From the NCBI GenBank assembly GCA_947586835.1, contig CANPXT010000002.1, forward strand, positions 23,009 through 87,008: a DNA stretch of 64,000 bases. Reading direction: 5' to 3'. The notes beneath the pieces are model-generated. The model was not told the origin of the DNA and did no database searches. It saw only the letters and a program-made list of their open reading frames with translations. Position 1 is the first letter of the stretch, and each line of letters starts with the position of its first letter. Origin of the DNA: an uncultured Alphaproteobacteria bacterium. Lineage in GTDB: Bacteria; Pseudomonadota; Alphaproteobacteria; CAAHEQ01; UBA3637. Of the stretch, positions 58,733 through 64,000 are shown one piece after another. The position numbers and the translations under genes were made by a program.

Positions 58733-58783
58733 TTAAACAATTTTTAATTGCCGAATTTGTTACTGCGCGGAAATCCGACCGGC
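58733..58783 (-). repeat. right arm of perfect 51-bp inverted repeat
   Basis: TTAAACAATTTTTAATTGCCGAATTTGTTACTGCGCGGAAATCCGACCGGC is the reverse complement of 57009-57059. Confidence 0.95.
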
Positions 58784-58880
58784 AGGATATGAAGATTCCG
58801 TTCAATCCCAAAGGAAATAAAGCCGATAATAAAGATATGGAAAAATAATTTTCGGATATATCCGGTTTTAAAGAAAGATA
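58744..58880 (-). pseudogene. decayed inverted copy of the parC 3' end
   Basis: The minus-strand frame reads ...[26 protein letters not shown], compared with ParC ...[42 protein letters not shown]. The last 51 bp are identical and the upstream part is degenerate with a deletion. Confidence 0.5.
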
Positions 58881-58895
58881 GTTGAAATTAAAAAC

Positions 58896-58925
58896 CCGTT
58901 CTTGCTAAACAAGAACGGATTTTTA
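58896..58925. terminator. strong hairpin shared by the convergent pilin-EGF gene and gene 58944..59999
   Basis: 9-bp stem CCGTTCTTG / CAAGAACGG, 5-nt loop. ATTTTTA follows on plus; GTTTT follows on minus. Confidence 0.7.
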
Positions 58926-58943
58926 TAGTGCCAAGTACAAAAA

Positions 58944-59999
58944 TTAAGCGTTTTCGGCTTGAGAACGACTCACAGTCGATTGAGTCTTCTGCTCATTCAC
59001 CTGTTGCGCATTTTGTGATAACGTTGCATTTTGAGTTTCCGCTTCGTTGTGCGCTTCATTGTCTGAATGATCAGAAAGCTTTTGAGAAAGCCCTTTTGCT
59101 TTTATTTCCGCTAACTCTTTTTGAGCTTTTTCAAGTGAATTAATAACAGCTTTTCTATCATCAACGGTCAAATTTTCAGGATTAAAAATAGCAAATTCGG
59201 CTTTACTGGTTTTAATGCCGTTATGTTCTCCGTCATCTTTTCTTTCAAAAAACTTTTCCAACGACATACCGGGCAATTCCATATAAGAGGCATAAATTAA
59301 ACTTGCACCTCTCCATTTTGACCCTTCCGACTCCTTATCATTTTGTACAAGATCTTTCAGAGTGTTTAAAGCCTCTTCTGCTGCTTTGGGATCTTTTTTC
59401 AATTCTTCCCAGCTTTTAATGCCCGAAAAGGCGCCCGGAATAATGCGATCACCATCACGATATCCGTAAAGAAATTTATATGCATTCATTCGATCTTCGG
59501 AAGTTTCTTTTAAATTGGTGCGTCTTTTGCCGACGACAGAATCGGCAAAAGAAACTGTGGCAACCGCACCACCTACCCATCCGCCAAGGTAAGTTGTTGC
59601 AAGTCTTACGCCGCTCCGTGCACTATAACCGCCCAAAGCTTTTGATACCTTTGCGGCAACACCCGGTATTTTCTTAGCTGCGATATTCCCGGCAACACCA
59701 CCGGAAACCATGCCGCCCAAACCACCTAAAAGCGCGTCATCTAACCCGTCCAAAACATCTGATCCGGTCGGAATCATGTTCTTGGCAACCGTTGAATAAG
59801 GAACAGCTTGCTGATCTTTCGGAATAACAACGTTTTCTCTTTTGGTGTATAAATGACTCGTACCTAAATCAAGTGGTGGCATCGGCTTGGTATAATCAAT
59901 ATTTTCAAATTGTTCATCGGTTATGTTCGTTACTCTTTTCAGTAACAATTCAACCGCCCGTTCTCCGGCATTTGTTTGATCTTTCAATCCATCTAACAT
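58944..59999 (-). CDS. hypothetical protein with glycine-zipper-like hydrophobic segment
   Basis: 351-aa ORF, AAGGAG RBS. LLGGLGGMVSGGVAGNIAA and YLGGWVGGAVATV segments. Charged coiled-coil C-terminus. No signal peptide. Confidence 0.65.
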   Translation of the reverse strand: MLDGLKDQTNAGERAVELLLKRVTNITDEQFENIDYTKPMPPLDLGTSHLYTKRENVVIPKDQQAVPYSTVAKNMIPTGSDVLDGLDDALLGGLGGMVSGGVAGNIAAKKIPGVAAKVSKALGGYSARSGVRLATTYLGGWVGGAVATVSFADSVVGKRRTNLKETSEDRMNAYKFLYGYRDGDRIIPGAFSGIKSWEELKKDPKAAEEALNTLKDLVQNDKESEGSKWRGASLIYASYMELPGMSLEKFFERKDDGEHNGIKTSKAEFAIFNPENLTVDDRKAVINSLEKAQKELAEIKAKGLSQKLSDHSDNEAHNEAETQNATLSQNAQQVNEQKTQSTVSRSQAENA

Positions 60000-60023
60000 T
60001 TCAAAACTCCTTTTGTTATTTTT

Positions 60024-60052
60024 ATTCTATGAACACATTCATAGCACTTGAA
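60024..60052 (-). promoter_or_regulatory. sigma70-like promoter (TTCAAG-17-TAGAAT) between repeat copy C and gene 58944..59999
   Basis: On the minus strand, the -35 is at 60052-60047 and the -10 at 60029-60024. It lies outside the repeat element. Confidence 0.4.
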
Positions 60053-60060
60053 GTGTAGCA

Positions 60061-60217
60061 TAAACGTAGGTCTAGTTGGTGCACTTTTTTGCACGCTTAA
60101 AAGGATAAACATTTTGAAAACAATAAAAAAATAACCGATTGAAAATGAACAAAAAACAAGAAAAATAAATTTTTTTGATGAAAAGTGAAAAAAAGTGTTG
60201 CAAAAAACGTACGTTTA
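60061..60217 (-). repeat. copy C of 157-bp IR-bounded AT-rich element (reverse orientation)
   Basis: Reverse complement of copies A and B. The same end as in copy B faces the gene, 61 nt upstream of the ATG at 59999. Confidence 0.9.
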
Positions 60218-60338
60218 AGAAACACAATATTATACTTAAATTTCAATTACTTAATATATAATATATCCGCTTTTTAAAGAAAATTGTTAAATTTTATAAT
60301 ATATTGATTTTATTTAATTCATTTTTCATCATAAAAAA

Positions 60339-60376
60339 AACTTCCCTTCGCTAAAAGAGAAGTTTTTTATTTTTTA
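60339..60376 (-). terminator. terminator after nfeD
   Basis: AACTTC-CT / AG-GAAGTT stem with one bulge, flanked by A8 and a T-run. Confidence 0.55.
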
Positions 60377-60387
60377 ATAATATAAAT

Positions 60388-60825
60388 CTATAAAGCGGTA
60401 ATGACAAAAACAACGCCGTTCTTTTCAACGCCGACAATTTTTGCTTTCTCACCCGCTTTTAAGTTTTCTTTACACACAGCCAACCAAACCGAATCGCCGA
60501 TTTTAATTTTCGTTTCGCCGTTGTGTACATTATTCAATACAACAACCGTTTTCCCGACATGTTGCCCCGCTAAATCATTCAAATGCGGATATTGATTATC
60601 GGAACGCTTTAAAATAAACCGATAAATAAAAAATCCGACCGATGCCATAACAGCGGATAACACACTGAAACAAATTAATTGATATGTGAACGATAATTCA
60701 TATGCATATTGCACACCGGCAACACCCAGAGCGGAAAATCCGAACCAGATTAAATAAATACCCGGTGAAAATAATTCTAATAAAACCAGAAAAATACCTA
60801 AGGCTGCCCATTCAATAAACGTCAT
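60388..60825 (-). CDS. NfeD family membrane protein
   Basis: Three N-terminal TM helices plus a C-terminal OB-like domain. Immediately downstream of the SPFH gene. Confidence 0.75.
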   Translation of the reverse strand: MTFIEWAALGIFLVLLELFSPGIYLIWFGFSALGVAGVQYAYELSFTYQLICFSVLSAVMASVGFFIYRFILKRSDNQYPHLNDLAGQHVGKTVVVLNNVHNGETKIKIGDSVWLAVCKENLKAGEKAKIVGVEKNGVVFVITAL

Positions 60826-60827
60826 TT

Positions 60828-61754
60828 TTAAGCTCCTTTCTTACCTTTGTTTTGTGAACTCAATACTTCTTTTGCAATTTCGGCAATACCGGCAACCGAT
60901 CCCATAACATTTGCCGTATCAACCGGTAACATCAACAACTTTTGATTGGGAGATGTAACAATGCCTTGCAGTGCTTCAATATATTTTTGCCCTAAAAAGT
61001 AGTTAATGGCTTGCATATTTCCTTTGGCAATTGCCTCAGATACCATTTGCGTTGCATTAGCATCAGCCTTTGCCATTCTTTCCCGTGCTTCGGCTTCGCG
61101 AAACGCCGCTTCCCGTTTTCCTTCGGCATCCAAAATGGCAGCTTGCTTTTCGCCTTCTGCTTTTAAAATCTCAGCTTGACGATAACCTTCGGCATCCAAA
61201 ATATTTGCCCGTTTTTCACGCTCGGCCTTCATTTGTCGTGCCATGGCGTCAATTAAATCTTTGGGGGGCGTAATATCTTTAATTTCAACACGCGTTACTT
61301 TCACACCCCAAGGAATAGTTGCCTCATCAACCACTTCCAACAATCGATGATTAATCATATCGCGTTGCGACAACAGTTCGTCAATTTCCATACTGCCCAA
61401 AACCGTTCGGATATTGGTCATAATTAAGTTTAAAATAGCCAACTCCAAATTACCGACCTGATAAGCTGCGCCGACCGCATCTTGAATTTGATAAAACAAC
61501 ACGCCGTCAACACGCACCATAGCATTATCTTTGGTAATCACTTCTTGCGACGGCACATCAAGCACCTGCTCCATTTTGCTGAGCTTTGCACCGATGGATT
61601 CCACAATCGGAACCAAAAAATGCATACCCGGTTTGAGTGTTCGGGTATATTTTCCGAAGCTTTCTACCGTATATTCATAACCTTGACGCACAATAACAAT
61701 ACACTTAACCATAACGGCAAGCATTAAAATAACCAGTATAACTGCAAATACCAT
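60828..61754 (-). CDS. SPFH/band 7 (stomatin-like) protein
   Basis: N-terminal [17 protein letters not shown], and an Ala/Glu-rich coiled coil ([14 protein letters not shown]). Confidence 0.85.
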   Translation of the reverse strand: MVFAVILVILMLAVMVKCIVIVRQGYEYTVESFGKYTRTLKPGMHFLVPIVESIGAKLSKMEQVLDVPSQEVITKDNAMVRVDGVLFYQIQDAVGAAYQVGNLELAILNLIMTNIRTVLGSMEIDELLSQRDMINHRLLEVVDEATIPWGVKVTRVEIKDITPPKDLIDAMARQMKAEREKRANILDAEGYRQAEILKAEGEKQAAILDAEGKREAAFREAEARERMAKADANATQMVSEAIAKGNMQAINYFLGQKYIEALQGIVTSPNQKLLMLPVDTANVMGSVAGIAEIAKEVLSSQNKGKKGA

Positions 61755-61763
61755 AATTATCTC

Positions 61764-62204
61764 CTAATCATAATTCATTCTCGGCGGCAAACTTCTTAAA
61801 CGAACCAAATACGGCTTATAAACCTTATCACGTCCCAAAATATGCCCCAAAAACCACGTACTCAGGAAATCCGCCGACTGTCTGGCGATGTGTCGCCGTG
61901 CCGCCAACGTTTTTGCCTGACTGAAAGTTTGCCTCAATTCGGAGATATTGTCAATAAATTTTTGATGACTTTTCATATGAGGAATTAAATCAGGAAAAGA
62001 AATGCGCTCCATAATGTCCTCTTCCTGCGGAAAATGCGTGCGCGCATACTCATAACAGCTTTCAAAAATATCATCGAATCTTGAAAAATCATCCAAATCG
62101 GCAGCCGCCTGCGCCGCATTGACCACTTTTAAAAACGCTTTATGCTCATCATCCAACGGCGGATACGAAAGTTCCATTTGTTGTCGCCATGCAATTTGTG
62201 CCAT
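61764..62204 (-). CDS. hemerythrin-like metal-binding protein
   Basis: LDDEHKAFL, HFPQEEDIM, H.KSHQKF and an HI..RD-type motif, spaced as in bacteriohemerythrins. Confidence 0.7.
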   Translation of the reverse strand: MAQIAWRQQMELSYPPLDDEHKAFLKVVNAAQAAADLDDFSRFDDIFESCYEYARTHFPQEEDIMERISFPDLIPHMKSHQKFIDNISELRQTFSQAKTLAARRHIARQSADFLSTWFLGHILGRDKVYKPYLVRLRSLPPRMNYD

Positions 62205-62234
62205 ATTTTCCTGCCTTTCACGAGCAGAAAAAGC

Positions 62235-63338
62235 TTACACATTAAACAGAAAATGAACGACGTCGCCGTCCTGCATAATATATGTTTTGCCTTCCTGCCG
62301 TAATTTACCGTTTTCACGCGCGCCGGATTCTCCCTTACAGGCAACATAATCATCATATGATACAACTTCCGCCCGAATAAAACCTCGCTCAAAATCCGTG
62401 TGAATAATGCCTGCTGCTTGCGGTGCCGTTATGCCGCGACGCATTGTCCACGCATGCGCTTCTTTCGGTCCGGATGTAAAGAAAGTCTCCAACCCCAATA
62501 ACCGATACCCTGCTTTTATAATGCGATTTAATCCGGTCTCTGTCAAGCCCAACGTATCCAAAAATTCTTTTTGTTCGGCATCATCCGTTAATTGCGCTAC
62601 CTCGGCTTCAATGGCGGCCGATATAATCACACAGGCATTTCCTTGTTTTTCTGCCATTTGCGCCACTTGTTCGGAATAAGCATTACCCGTTGCCGCCGAT
62701 GCCTCATCAACATTACAAACATATAAAACGGGTTTTCCGGTTAACAGGCATAACTGCCGAAAATATTTCAGCTTATCGGGTTCTGTCGGCATTGCCAATC
62801 TTGCCGGTTGTCCATTGCGCAACAACTCTAATACCGGCATCATAACTTCCAACCAAATTTTCGATTCTTTATCGCCTGCCTGCGCCTTTTTTTGAATCGG
62901 CACAATACGCTTTTCCATATTTTCCAAATCAGCAAGCATTAATTCCGTCTCCACCGTTTCGGCATCTCGAATGGGATTGACCGATCCTTCCACATGCACA
63001 ATATTCGAATCGTCAAAACATCTCAGCACATGAATAATGGCATCAACTTCCCGAATATTCGCTAAAAATTGATTGCCCAATCCTTCCCCGCGTGAGGCAC
63101 CGCGTACCAAACCGGCAATATCCACAAATTCTAATTGTGTCGGCACAATTTTCTGTGCTTTGTCAATAGATTGCAACACATCTAACCGTGAATCCGGCAC
63201 GGCAACCCGTCCGACATTCGGCTCAATCGTACAAAACGGATAATTGGCTGCCTGCGCCTGTACCGTCGACGTTAACGCATTAAACAATGTTGATTTTCCC
63301 ACATTCGGCAATCCGACAATTCCGCAATTAAATCCCAT
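62235..63338 (-). CDS. ychF: redox-regulated ATPase YchF
   Basis: [26 protein letters not shown] and a C-terminal TGS-like domain with [11 protein letters not shown]. Confidence 0.95.
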   Translation of the reverse strand: MGFNCGIVGLPNVGKSTLFNALTSTVQAQAANYPFCTIEPNVGRVAVPDSRLDVLQSIDKAQKIVPTQLEFVDIAGLVRGASRGEGLGNQFLANIREVDAIIHVLRCFDDSNIVHVEGSVNPIRDAETVETELMLADLENMEKRIVPIQKKAQAGDKESKIWLEVMMPVLELLRNGQPARLAMPTEPDKLKYFRQLCLLTGKPVLYVCNVDEASAATGNAYSEQVAQMAEKQGNACVIISAAIEAEVAQLTDDAEQKEFLDTLGLTETGLNRIIKAGYRLLGLETFFTSGPKEAHAWTMRRGITAPQAAGIIHTDFERGFIRAEVVSYDDYVACKGESGARENGKLRQEGKTYIMQDGDVVHFLFNV

Positions 63339-63906
63339 TTTGTTTTTCCTTTCCCTGTAACTTATTCATAAAGCAATCGGCTTTTTTCATAATCAATAAC
63401 GGCAAATTTTCGGCAATTAAATCTATTTGAGAGTCTAAAATTCGCTTTTCTTCACCCGTAAATTTTGATAATACAAAATCAACGACTTGCGCTTTGAGCA
63501 CAGGCTTCGATATGCCGATTCGAACGCGCATATAATTCGCACCGATATGCAAATCTATATTTTTAATGCCGTTATGTCCGCCGGAACCACCACCTGTTTT
63601 CACTTTAACCCGCCCGACGGATAAATCCATATCATCATGAAACACAATAACATCGGCAGACGTTATTTTATAAAAATCACAAACGGCACGCACCGATTCA
63701 CCCGATAAATTCATATATGTTTGCGGCTTTAAAAGCAATACTTTTTCGTTTTGAACAATGCTTTCGGCAAGGACACCTTTAAATTTTTCTTTAAACGGCG
63801 TAAAAGAATAGCGGCGGGTAAACGCGTCCGCCGCCATAAATCCGACATTGTGGCGAGTTGAGGCATATTCCGAACCCGGATTTCCCAAACCGACCAACAA
63901 AATCAT
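63328..63906 (-). CDS. pth: peptidyl-tRNA hydrolase
   Basis: LVGLGNPG..Y..TRHNVGF and GGHNGI motifs. Confidence 0.95.
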   Translation of the reverse strand: MILLVGLGNPGSEYASTRHNVGFMAADAFTRRYSFTPFKEKFKGVLAESIVQNEKVLLLKPQTYMNLSGESVRAVCDFYKITSADVIVFHDDMDLSVGRVKVKTGGGSGGHNGIKNIDLHIGANYMRVRIGISKPVLKAQVVDFVLSKFTGEEKRILDSQIDLIAENLPLLIMKKADCFMNKLQGKEKQNGI

Positions 63907-63908
63907 TC

Positions 63909-64000
63909 TTATTTCTTTTCAGCCGACGCTGCAGCAGGTGTGGCACTGGCAGCAGCAGCGGCAGCAGCGGCATCTTCAGCTTTTTCTTCTGCCGTCTCAG
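63909..64000 (-). CDS. 3' end of a gene with Ala-rich tail, probably ribosomal protein L25/Ctc (5' part outside window)
   Basis: The minus-strand frame ending at TAA 63909-63911 reads ...AEDAAAAAAAASATPAAASAEKK. The position upstream of pth-ychF fits the conserved ctc-pth-ychF order. Only about 30 codons are visible. Confidence 0.4.
   Translation of the reverse strand, partial: ETAEEKAEDAAAAAAAASATPAAASAEKK

Noticed and set aside
63791-63973. ORF 63791..63973 (-), overlapping the pth start.
   Set aside because: It overlaps pth by over 100 nt in another frame. The frame ending at TAA 63909-63911 gives an Ala-rich tail consistent with an L25/Ctc C-terminus and proper spacing to pth.

Overview
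AT-rich, tightly packed bacterial chromosome segment with about 60 protein-coding genes. I recognised no rRNA, tRNA, CRISPR array, transposase or integrase. Most of it is housekeeping: two M16 peptidases, rnhB, glk, cca, rnd, murA, dtd, lgt, dnaE, lolCD, mreBCD-mrdA-rodA, a sufBCDS-sufT operon, pyk, rpmB, rlmN, parC, ychF, pth. The gene set (IalB-like protein, paired MPP-like M16 peptidases, the L25-pth-ychF cluster, DUF2062) points to an alphaproteobacterium-like lineage. The anaerobe-type genes (FprA-like flavoprotein, flavodoxin, DUF362, Bat aerotolerance proteins) and eukaryote-like domains (ankyrin, EGF-like) suggest a host- or gut-associated organism. This placement is inference only. 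The most interesting signal is a discrete 157-bp element bounded by inverted repeats, present three times (22663-22818, 57190-57346, 60061-60217). Each copy lies 47-72 nt upstream of a different non-housekeeping gene. Two copies present the same end to their gene and the third is flipped. Its termini (AAACGTACGT) match the inverted-repeat core I recall for Mpi-type invertible promoters of Bacteroides fragilis. It is therefore a candidate multi-locus phase-variation (inverton) system, with a TA-duplicating MITE as the alternative. Two copies sit in an accessory island between parC and nfeD. The island encodes a type IV pilin-like protein fused to a Thr/Pro linker and five EGF-like modules, and a glycine-zipper protein. 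The pilin cassette is bracketed by a perfect 51-bp inverted duplication of the parC 3' end. Lesser oddities: a MazG-like gene inside the suf operon, a short SufD, a degenerate GGDEF protein, Sec-signal-bearing flavodoxin and DUF362 proteins, an unusual ECF sigma module and possible leaderless mRNAs. All functional calls rest on motif recognition by eye; no searches were run.
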